DNA of 64,000 bases, taken from assembly GCA_043228905.1 (NCBI GenBank), contig JBHGNT010000013.1:4092001-4156000 (forward strand). The letters run 5' to 3'. This document shows, one piece after another, positions 50,001 through 60,808 of this stretch. The position numbers were made by a program, and so were the translations under genes. The DNA is from Azolla caroliniana (lineage: Eukaryota; Plantae; Polypodiophyta). How positions within the stretch are numbered: position 1 is the stretch's first letter; every line of letters begins with the position of its first letter. Below the pieces are notes generated by a model. It did no database searches and was not told the origin of the DNA. It worked only from the letters and a program-made list of their open reading frames with translations.

Positions 50001-51090
50001 TCAACCACACGTCTCCTATGCCGGCAATCCGGCACGTACCTTCATTTCCCATCCGAACACAGCCATGTTCACCGGCTGTGTAGGATGAGAAGTATCTTCT
50101 CTCCGGGGTCAGGTGGAACGATGCTCCGGAATCGACCACCCAGGTCGTCTCATCGCCGGCAATGTTTAGTTCACCTTCTTCGGTGATGAGCATGATTTCT
50201 TCCTCACTTGCCGCGAGTGCCGTTGTTCCTTTCCGGTCCTGCCCTCGCCGATCCGAACCTCTCCGGTCCGTGGCTCCCCGGTATGCACCGTTTCTCTCCG
50301 GTGACTTCTTCGAATCGGTGTCGTCGGCTCCGTTGTCTTTTCGGTAATGCCGACAATTCTTTCGGAAGTGCCCCGGCTTCCCACAGTGGAAGCATGTGGG
50401 CCTTCCTCTTGACTGCGACCGGGTCCCCGACTTCTCCCGTCTTTGCGGACTCCGGTTCCATTGTCTTCCCCGATCCGATTCGGTAAGCAGTGCCTTCGAG
50501 TCGGAGGCCGGTTCTTTATCTCTCCGACGCGCTTCTTCGTTCAAAATACTTGTCTTTACCGTTTGTAAGGACAAGTTATCTTCGGTGCAGGAGGTGCTGA
50601 GAGTTACCACCAAGTTCTCCCAGCTTTCCGGCAATGTACACATCAGGATGATGGCTTGCATTGCATCCTCCAACGGGAACTTGATCGCCGCAAGCTGATT
50701 CACGAATCCCATGAACGTGCTTACGTGTTCCACCATACTCTCGCCGTCCCGGTACTTGAGATTCACTATCTTCCTCATCAGGGAGGTCCGGTTCAATGCA
50801 TTCTTCCTCTCATAGAGGCCCGACAGCTTCCGCCACATCTCATATGCATTGATGTCGTTCGCCACGTGTTGTAGGACGCTCACGTCTACGTATTGCCGAA
50901 TGGTTGCAACGGCTTTCCGGTTCAGAAGCCTCCATTCCGACTCAAGTACGCCCTTCGGTATTTCCGACCTGTCAATCGGTTCGTACAGGTCCCGAACAAT
51001 CAGAAGATCTTCCATCTTGATCTTCCAGTCGGCGTAGTTCTGCGCATTCAGCACCATCATCCCCGGCTGCCCGCTGCCGCCGCCTTCCAT
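47017..51090 (-). CDS. Copia Gag-Pol polyprotein (1357 aa, uninterrupted)
   Basis: CFHCGKPGHFRKNC, WVVDSGAS, WHKRLCH...CTDC, FIDD/ADNGGEY/NGLAER, YVDD, FTDSD/TEAEY/CDSQSA/SDMLTK. Confidence 0.97.
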   Translation of the reverse strand: MEGGGSGQPGMMVLNAQNYADWKIKMEDLLIVRDLYEPIDRSEIPKGVLESEWRLLNRKAVATIRQYVDVSVLQHVANDINAYEMWRKLSGLYERKNALNRTSLMRKIVNLKYRDGESMVEHVSTFMGFVNQLAAIKFPLEDAMQAIILMCTLPESWENLVVTLSTSCTEDNLSLQTVKTSILNEEARRRDKEPASDSKALLTESDRGRQWNRSPQRREKSGTRSQSRGRPTCFHCGKPGHFRKNCRHYRKDNGADDTDSKKSPERNGAYRGATDRRGSDRRGQDRKGTTALAASEEEIMLITEEGELNIAGDETTWVVDSGASFHLTPERRYFSSYTAGEHGCVRMGNEGTCRIAGIGDVWLTTPTGCKMLLKDVRHVPEVRLNLISAGRLDDEGYTGSIRNGVMKFSKGSLIVARARKDNTLYLMNARLCPEELNVAADTAGELWHKRLCHMSEKGMKRLAEDNLIPVKHVHLEKCTDCLAGKQNRTSFHSRPPTRRSAPLELVHTDVCQVETKSHGGAQYFVTFIDDHSRRLWTAPMKTKDQVLSIFKELHARVERESGKKLKAIRADNGGEYRGQFQEYCRSKGIRLEFTVPKTPELNGLAERMNRTIMERVRSMLAHAKLPKGFWAEAMSTATYVINRSPSAPLDGDTPQKVWTGKEVSYRHLKVFGCLAYVHVAKDRRGKLDPKTRPCIFLGYGDDEFGYRVWDPVDKKIFRSRDIIFMEDKTLADWESEKKMKNSKSTGEDQLYEEQSRPARDRLALEDPAEDGEETEPAEEDENDTGTGPDPEMDSDEEESEEPVTEAPERRYPLRERRAPRRFPEPEHVLLTDEGEPESFEEAKHDTQSRKWLSAMQDEMDSLHENHTYELVELPKGKRALRNKWVFKLKPGDAGNPPRYKARIVVKGFQQKKGVDFDEIFAPVVKMTSIRTVLSIAASMDLEVEQMDVKTAFLHGDLDEEIYMQQPEGFEKKGKEHLVCRLKKSLYGLKQAPRQWYRKFDSFMTDEGYLKTQSDHCVFVKKFEGGDFLILLLYVDDMLIVRRDQVKIRMLKKALHRTFSMKDLGSARQILGMHIIRDRKKKLLWLSQEKYVTKVLHRFNMSEARPVGSTLPANCKLSSKQSPKTKAEKEDMMKVPYASAVGSLMYAMVCTRPDIGYAVGVVSRYMSNPGKEHWNAAKWILRYLKGTANVCLRFGSGKSELDGFTDSDMSADADTSRSTSGYVMTYAGGAVSWQSRLQKTVALSTTEAEYMAAVEAGKEIIWMKDFIRELGIRQEEYRLYCDSQSAIHLARNAAYHSRTKHIQRRYHWIRERIEDKEFVLTKIHTDENGSDMLTKVLTPDKLEACRKRIGLERHPMPK

Positions 51091-51120
51091 TTTCTGCAGC
51101 AGTTCGCTCTGATACCAGTT

Positions 51121-51735
51121 TGTAAGGAATCAACTCTTCGATTAACCTTCTTCCCTCGGCCACAACCGAGTAAGCGCGAATCGATGCAGCAGAAAATAGG
51201 AACCACAAAGAGAAACAAAAAAACCGCGAACACAGGGATTAACGTGGAAAACCCTAGATGGGAAAAACCACGGGAGTACGAGACTCCAAACCAACACTAT
51301 ACAGAGAAGTATACAATGGCGAGCTGCAAGGCGACGACCTTGAGCTCGCTGTCCTCGCCACAGGCGGCGGAAATACACAGAGGCGTCGACCTCTTCCTCT
51401 CTCACGCTCTATCTCTCTCTCTCTCTCTCGGCTGCTCTCTCTTCACTCCTCTAGAGTGGAAAAACAGAAAAATGATAAGCGACAGTAAAACTGTTTGCCC
51501 TAAGTCATATTTATACATATATGACTTTGGGGCTATTTACAACTATAGCCTCAGGGGGCCCTTAGCAAACATATTCACGGATATGTCCCTGCATCCGGAT
51601 CGCTCTCCGGGTACATTCGTCATCCGGCACCGAAGCCGGGGTCTTCAACATCCGGATCCGAAACCGAAACCGGGCTCGTCGGCATTCATCTCTGACATCC
51701 GACCATCCCATCCGAAAGGGACCGTAAACCCAACA
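51121..51735 (-). repeat. 5' LTR of element M (615 bp)
   Basis: TGTAAGGA...CCCAACA on the plus strand. Confidence 0.97.
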
Positions 51736-51973
51736 TATCCGACACTTCTCCAAAGGGGTGGTAAGGATTGGATGCTAGGTTACACGCGTAAGATGATTAC
51801 AATTAAGCACAGACGGTAAAACAATACAGAGATACAGATAAACACACAATAATTCTATTTGTATTACTTTCGTCAAAACCTTTACAAATCATCGGATCCT
51901 TTTATCGGCATCCGGCAAGGTTACAATCGGTGCGCTTAGGCAACCGACATCCGAATCGGTCCGGATCCGGATC
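51736..51973. repeat. 238-bp direct duplication, right copy
   Basis: Identical by eye to 46165-46402. Confidence 0.95.
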
Positions 51974-52022
51974 GGTACAACTGTACCGGATCCGTCCCTC
52001 CGAATAATAATTCTACTATTAT

Positions 52023-55000
52023 TTACTTCCTATTATCCGATCCGACTCTGCCTTCCCACTTGTCCTTGCTCTTCTGACCGGTCAACACATGGCACGGCCG
52101 TGGGAAAGTGCCTTGCACTTCGAATCCACTCCCGGCCTCATTCTTCCTCCAAAATATCGAGCACACTCTGCTCGATGGTGTCAAGTGGTGCTGCTTCCTC
52201 CAATTCCTGTTCCTTGCCTGCCTGGTCTCCAACCTCCGGTTGGGTTGGCTGTTCCGTAAAAATTTGCTGCTCCAGCTCTGCTTGATTCTGTGTTGCCGGT
52301 GCTTCCTCACCGCTCCGTCCGGGTTCTTCCTGTTCTCCCTCCGTTCCAGGCTCTGTTCTGTTACCAGTGTCGCTTTCTCCGGTCTCGACTGGTCGGCTCG
52401 GTACGCCTTCTTCCTCTGCTCTGGTGTCTTCCGGTCTCAGCTCTTCTTCTTCTCCGGCATCGGTCTGCTCCTACTCTTCTTGATTTCCTTCGAACGGAAG
52501 TTCTTCTTCGGGTATTCCTTGTTGGGGTGTTCGGTGTCGGTTGGTTCAACTTCAGCCGGTCGCTCTCCCTCACTTATAGTGATTGGCGTCGTTCTTCCCT
52601 TGGCTTCCTGTCGTAACCGGTCCTGCTCGTATTTCTCCAACTCCAACTGAGTTGCGAGCTGCCCGTCATCCAACCTCTCTACCAACCCTCGGATTTCTTT
52701 GAGATGTTCTTCCGCTAAAGCGTAGAAATCCTCCGACAATTCTTCCCGAATGGCGACGATACTTTCTTCATCCATCTTGTAGAACCTGTCACCGGTCTTC
52801 CTCCGATTCTCGGCATCAGCTCGGAGTGTCTGCAGCTCGGCTGCCTGTTGTGACCACTCCTTCCATAGCTTTTCCGTACTTTCGTTGATGCTTGCCTGAG
52901 CTCGGGTGCTCCAACCTGACATGATGAGCTTGATCCAGTCAACCCCCGCCTTAGCATGCGCGTAAGCTTCTTGCTTTTCCTTCCTTGCCCGTTTTATAAT
53001 GTTGGCCATTATCTGAGCCTGGGCCTCGTAATCCACTTTCTGCTTTTCATAGGTGCTTTGCAGTTTGTTGATCGTGAAGGTCGATCTTTCCTTTTCTTCA
53101 TTCCTGATCTTGGTCAGATCAAGCTTTTCCCGCCTTAGCGCCTCTAATTCCTTCCTTCTCTCCGTCGCTTGGGTTATTTCCGCCGACAATGCTTCCTTTT
53201 TGGCACTGACCTCATCCATTGCCTGAGCCAGGTCTAATCGGGTCTCTTTGAGCTGTTCTTTCAGCTTCTCTATTTGCCGGTCGTAGTCTGCTGCCCGTTT
53301 CTTGTTGTCTGACTCGGCCTGCTTGTGATCTCAGTAGAGACGGTCGAAGTCCTCCGTCTTCAGCTTCAGGCGTCGGTTTGCCTGAGCTCTTAACCGGTCA
53401 TTCGGTCCTTCTGTTGTCGGAGTTCTTCCTGCAGTCGTTCTATCTCCTGCTCGGCATGTCGACGCAGTCGGTCCTTCTCCTTTTGCAGCTTCTCTTTTTC
53501 TTCTTGTAGTCGGTCATTACTGGCTCGGCCTTTCCAGAGGCCTTCTTCCATTTTCCGTCTATCGTCCTCCACCGCTTTCCGCTACTCCCTTTCTTTTTCC
53601 CTTAATGCCTCCTGAGCTTTTAACTCCTCTCGTAAGGTTTCTATTATTTTTTCGGTCTCAGGGCCGGTTTGCAAGGCTACCAGTTCCGGTTCTGGTTCTG
53701 GTTGCTTCCTTGTTGTCCCGACCGGCTCGGTGACAACTTGTGCTTGTTGAATCCCTTCCCTTGCCTGCAACAGCTCCCCTTGCATTTCCTCGATCTGTGT
53801 TCGGAGCGCGACCAACTCCTGAGTTGTTGTATGCGTCAGATGTTGCCTACACGTTTCTTCTTCCTCTAACTGGTCCGCTACTCCCGATAACTGCTCCGAA
53901 AGCCATCTCAGCCATTGTGGCTTTGTGCTTCCTGTGTCGGGGTGGCCTTGCTCACTTCTACTCCTTAACTCAGGCTGTTTTTCCGGCCTTTTCTCTGGCT
54001 CTGGCGCTTGTTCATTCCTCTTCTCTGGGATGACCGGTTCTCTGAAGTCCGGCAAAACCGGTGTTGGTGCTGCTTCCCTCGGTACGGGTTCCGGTACTGC
54101 TTCCGCCTCGGCTACTGGAGGTGGTCCTTGCGCCCTCTGCTGAGTTTTGTCAATTGGTGGAGCCGGTCCTTTCGCCCGTCTCTCCCGACCTTGTCTTGCT
54201 GGGAGTCTTACCAGTGGTTCGGATGAGTCTTCTGTTTCAGCTTCCTCCTCCGGTGCGGCGACCAGACAGACCTTTTGTATAAAGACCTCTGGTTCTGGTT
54301 CTGGCCGTCGCAGCGTTATATTGATTGGTTTGAGCGCTACCGGTTCCTCCTCGGCCGATTTCCCTTTGCCTTTTCCTGCCGGTTTTACCTTTGTTGCCGG
54401 TTCCTGTTGCTGTCGGGATGGTCCTTCCCCCCGCTGTTCTGCTTCTTCCTGGGTCCATCCGGGGGTGTGTTTCTCCAGGATATGTCGGCGCTTTGTGACC
54501 TTTTTCGGCGTCGTCTCCTGCCAACCTCTTTTCTTTTGTTTGATGGGGAGCACCGGTGGGACTAACACCGTTAGCCATTGTGCTATCCCAGCCCATGGCT
54601 TTTTTCCTTCCACAAGGTTCTTGATGGCCTCCTTCAATCCTTCGGTTATGAAATGGAGCCAGTCCAGTTGTAATCCTTCGTACGCTGCAATTAAGAACGC
54701 TGTCCGGTACCTCGCAATGGCCGGGGGATGAGGATTCACGAATCTGTATTCCATCATGGCGCGGGCCACTTCTCCGAATAGCAGGTTCTCTCCGCCCTGT
54801 GTTCGGTACGCCTTGCTGCTGATAGAATACTCACCGAAATATTCGAATAGGATTTCACTTGAAGGGTTTTCGATTGTTTGAAGTCCTCCTGCTTTTATCC
54901 CCGTGAGTGACTGCACCGCTCCTTCTGTGATTTCTGATAAATCAATCGATGCTGCCGCCTGCTCTGGTTCTGCGTGTGGTGGAGCGTCGGCGATCTGCAA

Positions 55001-55321
55001 CAATCCTTTGAACCCGTTCTCCCTCATCCATTGGCGTGCCTCCTCCAACAGTGCCATTGGTTTGACTTCTTCTTCTGCTGTCTGTTGTTCGGGATCGGGC
55101 TGTGTGTGCGCAGTGCGTCGGATCGTTCTTCTGTGCTTCTGCGCCTGCGTGTAGGAAAATTCGTAAAAAGTAAGTCCTTCGCAGGCCTGTGTCTTATATA
55201 GTGGCTTTTGCCTCGAGCCGCCCTTTTTCGTTTCCCGCGCATGTTCATCTCCCGCCATAATTAGTATGTCCTTTCTTGCTTGCCGCATGTGAGTGCCCAC
55301 GATCCATGCTTTAAATAGCAA
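52023..55321 (-). pseudogene. ORF3 of element L: about 1000 aa of unknown function (conserved N-domain, Pro/Glu linker, long predicted coiled coil), with a few stops and one frameshift
   Basis: ORFs 53582-55321 and 53390-53572 share a frame; 52437-53219 and 52023-52310 share another; E/K/Q/R-rich composition. Confidence 0.75.
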
Positions 55322-55416
55322 CTATGTGCACGTCCTTCTTTACTGCATGGCGCCTCTTCGTTGCATGGTGGCGCTCCCACCTCTTCTGATCTCCCCATCA
55401 CTACTATGATTTTTTT

Positions 55417-58400
55417 TTATTTTTTTTGGACCACGTCATTTTCTGGTCCCCCCGATTTGTTCGGGTCGGTTCGTGCTGATACCGGATCCTTCTGTCGGTT
55501 TTCCGGGATAGTCTTTGTCAGTATCGGTGTCGGTTCTTCCTCGGTCCGGATATCTTCGGCAGCGTCTGTCGGTGTCGGTTCCTCATCTTGCCGGATTTCC
55601 GGGTTTTGCTTGAACGGTTTGGCTGGCATATTTCCCTTATACGGCTTTAGCCGAAACCCATTTGCCCACTTACCGATGACATCTCCAGACAACGTGCCGA
55701 GCTGATACGACCCATTGTACTCCTTGGTGATCCACCAAAACCGCAACTTTCCTGGCATGTTCCCCATCCGTGTCTGGAATAGTAGCACCGGTTTCCCGAC
55801 TTCGAACTCCTTCTCGTTGCCATGCCGGTGTCGGTCCACGAAAGCTTTTCTCCTCCTTTGCTCCAGTTCGAGTTGTAGTAAGCTGGCTATTCGGTTTTCT
55901 TCTAATTCCAACAACGTCGCCAGCCGGATTCGTTCGGACTCCTTCTCACTTAAGCGCTCCTTTACCTGGATCCGTAAGTTGGGGATCTGGAACTCTACCG
56001 GCATGACCGCTTCTAAACCGAATGCTAGTCGGAACGGGGTTGTCCGGATGCTGGTTTTGTACGTTGTTCGGTACACCCATAGCGCGCTTTGCAATTTCGT
56101 ATCCCAGTCGGTCCAGTTCTCGTTGACGATTTTTCGTAGGATGTTCTGTAGGGTTTTGTTCGTTGATTCCGCTAGTCCATTGGCTTGAGGGTAGTAGGGA
56201 GTACTCCTTTTATGTACCACCGCGTAAAATGACATCAGGCTTTCTACTACCTGCCCGAGAAAATGTCCTCCTTGGTCACTTATAAGCTCGATCGGGCATC
56301 CATACCGGCACCATATGCACTCGTACAGAAACTTTGCCGTGGACGCGGCCGTGTTGTCCCGTAAGGCCTTTGCTTCCACCCATTTGGTGCAATAGTCGGT
56401 CGCCACTATGACATACCGATTTCCGGTTCGCATTGCCGGTGGCTTGAAGGGACCGACAAAGTCCAAACCCCACTTTTGAAACGGTTCCAAAGGCAAGACC
56501 GGGTGGTGTGGCATCCGGGCCTGCTCCGTGGGTTGGCCCAGTCGTTGACACAAATCGCATTCTCTGCTATACTTCACGGCATGTTTTAGGGTGGTGGGCC
56601 ACCACAGTTCGCTCTGCCATATTTTCCGAGCGGTTGCGTCGCCGGCATAATGCCCGCCGGCAATTCCACAGTGGGCTTCCCTGAGGATTAAATCCTTCTC
56701 ATCGCTCCGCATTGCTCGTCTCCAGATGCCATCTGCCCCCTTGTGATAGAGGGTGTCTCCAACCAAGCAGAAATGTCTGCTTCTTACTGCTACCCTTTTC
56801 CTTTCATCGCGGTCCATGTTCTCCGGGGGTACTCCGGTTCTCAGGAACTGATGCATCTCAGTTAGCCACGTGTCTTCATCGGCTACCGTTGCATCCGTTG
56901 CCGGTTTCGTCGTGATCCGGAACAACTCGGCGTCGGGGAACTCATCCTGGACGCCGTGCCCTGCTTCTCTGGATTCGAGTCTGCTTAGGTAGTCCACTAC
57001 TGCATGCTGCACCCCGGGTCGGTGGAAAATGTCGAATTCAAATTCCTGTAACGGCAGTGTCCATCGTGCAATTTGAATGGTCCACATGGAAGGAAAACTT
57101 CCTTCCGAGCAGATAGTGCCTGTACTTTGTGACACTATACACCGCCTTCGAGACCAGGTAGAGTAGTGCCGAATGGTCGACATGGAAGGAAAACTTCCTT
57201 CCGAGCAGATAGTGCCTATACTTTGTGACACTATACACCATTCCTAATGCCTCGCGTTCCGTCGTGGAGTAGTTCCGTTCGGCTTTTGAGAGTTTCCGGC
57301 TTGCGTAGTACACCGGTCGGTACCATTTCGGCTCCGTGAGTTGCATCAGAACGCTGCCGATTGCTACGTCTGACGCGTCGACGAAGACGTGAAAGCTTTT
57401 ACTCCAATCCGGCGGTTGCACCACCGGAGCTTGCGATAGCATAACCTTCAACGCTTGGTAGGCTTCCTCCTCTGTCTCTGCCCATAGGAAGGGTACCCTG
57501 TGTACGGCGGTATGTAATGGTGTAGCGAAGTCTGCGAGGTGTCGTATCATCCGGCTATGCCACCTTATTTGGCCCAGGAACCGGCTTAAAGCCTTTGCGT
57601 TATTTGGTGCTGGTGCCTCGAGAATCACCTTGACTTTATCCGGATCTACTGCGATTCCTTCCTTACTCACCACGTGCCCTAGTAAGTTGCCGCTTGCCAC
57701 GCCAAAGACGCACTTGGCCGGGTTCAGACTCAACCGGTACTCGCGGCACTTCTCCAAGCACAGCCGGAGGTGATCGAGATGCTCTCCGTGCCGGCTGTAG
57801 ACCGCGAAATCGTCAAGGAAGACCTGCATAAAACCGGGGATATACTCCCCGAAAATTTCCATTATTATCCTTTGAAAGGTCGCTGGAGCCGTCTTTAGTC
57901 CGAACATCATCACGACCGCGACGAACACTCCCCATTCCGTAACGAACGATGTCTTCTCCTGGTCGGCCGGGTTCATTCATATTTGGTTTTAGCCGCTAAA
58001 TCCATCCAGGAAGCTGTAAACTTCGTGGCCGGCTACCGCATCTAACACCCCGTCCGTAAATGGTAGTGGAAACGCATCGGTCACTATTGCGGCATTTAGT
58101 TTTCGGTAGTCCACGCATACCCGGATTTTGCCGTTCTTTTTCAGGACCACCACTATCGGACTCAGCCGGGTTGCCTGCTTGACTGGTCGGATAAATCCGA
58201 CCCGGAGGAGCTTATCAATCTCCTCCTTCACCTTCGCCGCATAATTCGGATTCATCCGGTACCTGCGTTGAGCGATCGGTTTCGCGTCCGTACTTACGTG
58301 AATTTGGTGCTGATAGAGCTGGGGGTCCAGCCCTCGCATGTCTTCGTACGACCACGCGAACACATCCTTGAAGTCTGTTAATAATGCTATCATTGCCTTC

Positions 58401-58520
58401 TTTTCTTCCTTCGGCAATTCCTTTGCGACATTTACCGGTCGGGGCTTGTCTGTTGTGCCGAGGTCCACCTCCTCTAGTTGGGATGCTTTTACCCTCTAGG
58501 ATATCGTCATTTCCCTCTCT
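55417..58520 (-). pseudogene. pol: pol (RT-RH-integrase) of element L, disrupted
   Basis: ORFs 57989-58468, 57038-57976 and 55417-57231; duplication-linked frameshift near 57075. Confidence 0.92.
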
Positions 58521-58579
58521 AGGGATTCCTGTGCTTGTCGCAGTTCCCGGATCGCCGCTTGGTCCGGTTCGTCCGGCGT

Positions 58580-59655
58580 TGTAATGTACGGTTCTACTAC
58601 CGCATAGAGGACCTTGTACTTAAGTGGGAAATGCTAGATCCTCCACTCCTAAGTACATTTATTATAGGACTTACACTTTTGTACCTATATTATAGTCACA
58701 CATCTGCACGCTTGCACATGAGATCTATATATACCTCATTCTAGGTATTTTTGTATTTGATGATGATAATGCTAAATTAATATAGAGTTAATCATCTCCC
58801 ATCGTGTGTTTCTCATAAGTGTATCTTCCTCTCTCTCTTCCTCTCACACACATACACACACATACACACACATATCACTTAATCTTCTGCTTAACCTAAT
58901 CACATAATTCGGTACTAATTAATCCTTGTTTAATTACTTACCTAATTCTTAAAATGGTATTAGAGCGTGTAGTTTAGCACATCCACTAAGCCCATCCACC
59001 TCTTCATAATTGTATGTTCGAAACTCTGACGACAAATTCTGGCTACCTGCTATTGTAGTGCGGCTACGTAGCATGAGTAAGTGATCAAGCGAAGGAAATC
59101 GAAAATGGAAGACACTACAATCAACATGAACACACAAATGGGTAACTCGCTCCCTAATGAAAAGCTAAACTGAAGCAATTATTCATCTTGGGAGTGCAAG
59201 ATGACCCGACTCAAAGAACGCCGACTACGCAGCATGGGAGAAAGCGGCGAGTCGAGTCATGTATTACTTGGCAACATGTGTCCACGACCACATGCTTAGC
59301 CACATTCGACAAGTCAAGAATCCTAAAGAAGCGTGGGTGAACTTAAAGAAAATGTTCGCCTCCAACACGACCGCTCGAAAGCTTCAACTCTGACAAGAGT
59401 TGAACATCATTCGGCAAAAAGACATGTCTTTGTCGGACTACACTGCCAAGATCAAGAGGATTTGTGACTCACTTGGCTCCATCAAAATAAACGTCAACGA
59501 AGACAAGATGGTTCAAGTATGCTTTGGCAGTCTCGCACAACGATTCGACTCGTTGAGGACGGCAATCATGGTGAGGGAAAACCCTCCTTTGTTCCTCGAC
59601 CTCCAATCAATGTTATTGGTCGACGAGAACCATGCCCGAACCAAGACGAAGACGT
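58580..59655 (+). mobile_element. Element K: Copia 5' LTR (58580-58954), PBS and gag, inserted in L and interrupted by J
   Basis: TGTAATG start; PBS TGGTATTAGAGC at 58955-58966; gag MGNSLPNEKL...LDLQSMLLVDENH resembles D/G gag. Confidence 0.85.
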
Positions 59656-60808
59656 TGTCGTGAAAAATCCATCAGGGTTTTGGACCGGAAGGATTCAAAG
59701 TTTGTAGTAGCTTTAGCAAGAAAGTATTTAAGATAGTTTGAAAGAGAGAGAGATTGAGATAAGATAGAATGCTTGACTTTAGATTGAGAGAGATTAAGAT
59801 TGAACTCTTGACTTTAGATTTGAAGAACAAGATATATCATTAATTGGATAACGAATTTTCTTCTTATTAAATTCTTGATTAATTCATAGCTCCCTTTGAT
59901 CTTTTTCATCCAGTCTTTTATTGATGCTCCCATGCATATGATGCATGTGAGGGTACAAGACATGCATACAATGCATGGAATGCATGTGATGCATGTTTGC
60001 CATTTGGCGCTCATGCATTACATGTGATGCATGATAACCATGCCACTCATTCAAGCTCTAATATGAGAATTTACATGTGAAAGTATAATGATAGAAAAAA
60101 TATTTTTAAAGAAAGTATAATGACTTGGCTTAATGGTAAGTTTATTGCCTCCTATCTTGGAGATGCAAACTTCAAGCCTTGCTTGCATCCCTTGGTATGC
60201 AAACTTTTACTAGGCTTTTTAGTCTAGATAATTTTGTTTATTTCACACCAAAATCGTTATGATCAACCTATCCGATCGATCCGTCTATCTAGTCCGCATC
60301 CGACCTAGTGATCCGGTCCGGTTCTTGTGCCGTCCGTCCGTCCGTCCGTCTGGCCGGTTCCAGTTCAAGTTCGGGTTCCGTCGCCATCCGTTCCGGCTCT
60401 AGTTCTCCAAAACTATTTCGAACAACTTGGCCACACGCATTCATCCAAGTTATACAACCCAACCTTTTTGTGCTCCTAACACTTAGACAAAGTATAAAGA
60501 TATATGGCCCTACTTATACAATCTTGAATCCTGATGGTGTCCTATCTATGTGGGATATCTCAAAGTTTTGTTTTCCTCTTCTTCTTCTGAAACTTCACAC
60601 TCACATAACTTGACACTAAGTTGTCTGTTTCACATGTAGTAAAATGCTTTCAGAAGCTCTTGAAGCCATCCATCTTTTCGTACCAATATATTAAACTAAT
60701 ATAAAATAATATATTTACTATTATTGTTTCATATTGTGTGTGAAGAACCACACTCGTTTTTGTACATTCCATGCAATTTTCACATCGTTGCCGAAAATCT
60801 TCACGACA
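59656..60808 (-). repeat. 3' LTR of element J
   Basis: TGTCGTGAA...TTCACGACA; close homologue of the F LTR. Confidence 0.93.

Larger units (their letters stand above)
46400..51735 (-). mobile_element. Element M: young, apparently intact Ty1/Copia (Tork/Tnt1-like)
   Basis: LTRs 46400-47006 and 51121-51735 differ by 1 substitution plus the 8-nt clip; PBS TGGTATCAGAGC at 51106-51117; PPT GAAGTGAAGGGGGAG at 47009-47023; single open ORF. Confidence 0.97.
46126..58579 (-). mobile_element. Element L: non-chromovirus Gypsy related to A (3' LTR, long ORF3, integrase, RH, RT); interrupted by M in its LTR and by K
   Basis: RT MNPNYAAKVKEEIDKLL...VFLDDF; integrase DFVGP/SDQG/NGLAES. The LTR starts TGTTGTC at 46126 and probably ends ...GTCAACA at 52087. 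Confidence 0.9.

Noticed and set aside
50893-51819. 308-aa ORF (and the 241-aa ORF at 46359-47084) as genes
   Set aside because: Both read antisense through the M LTR and its (CT)n tract and cross element junctions; their similarity simply reflects LTR identity.
52108-52650. Hydrophobic 180-aa ORF as an env-like gene
   Set aside because: It is the antisense of Lys/Glu-rich ORF3 codons, which yields Phe/Leu/Ser artefactually.
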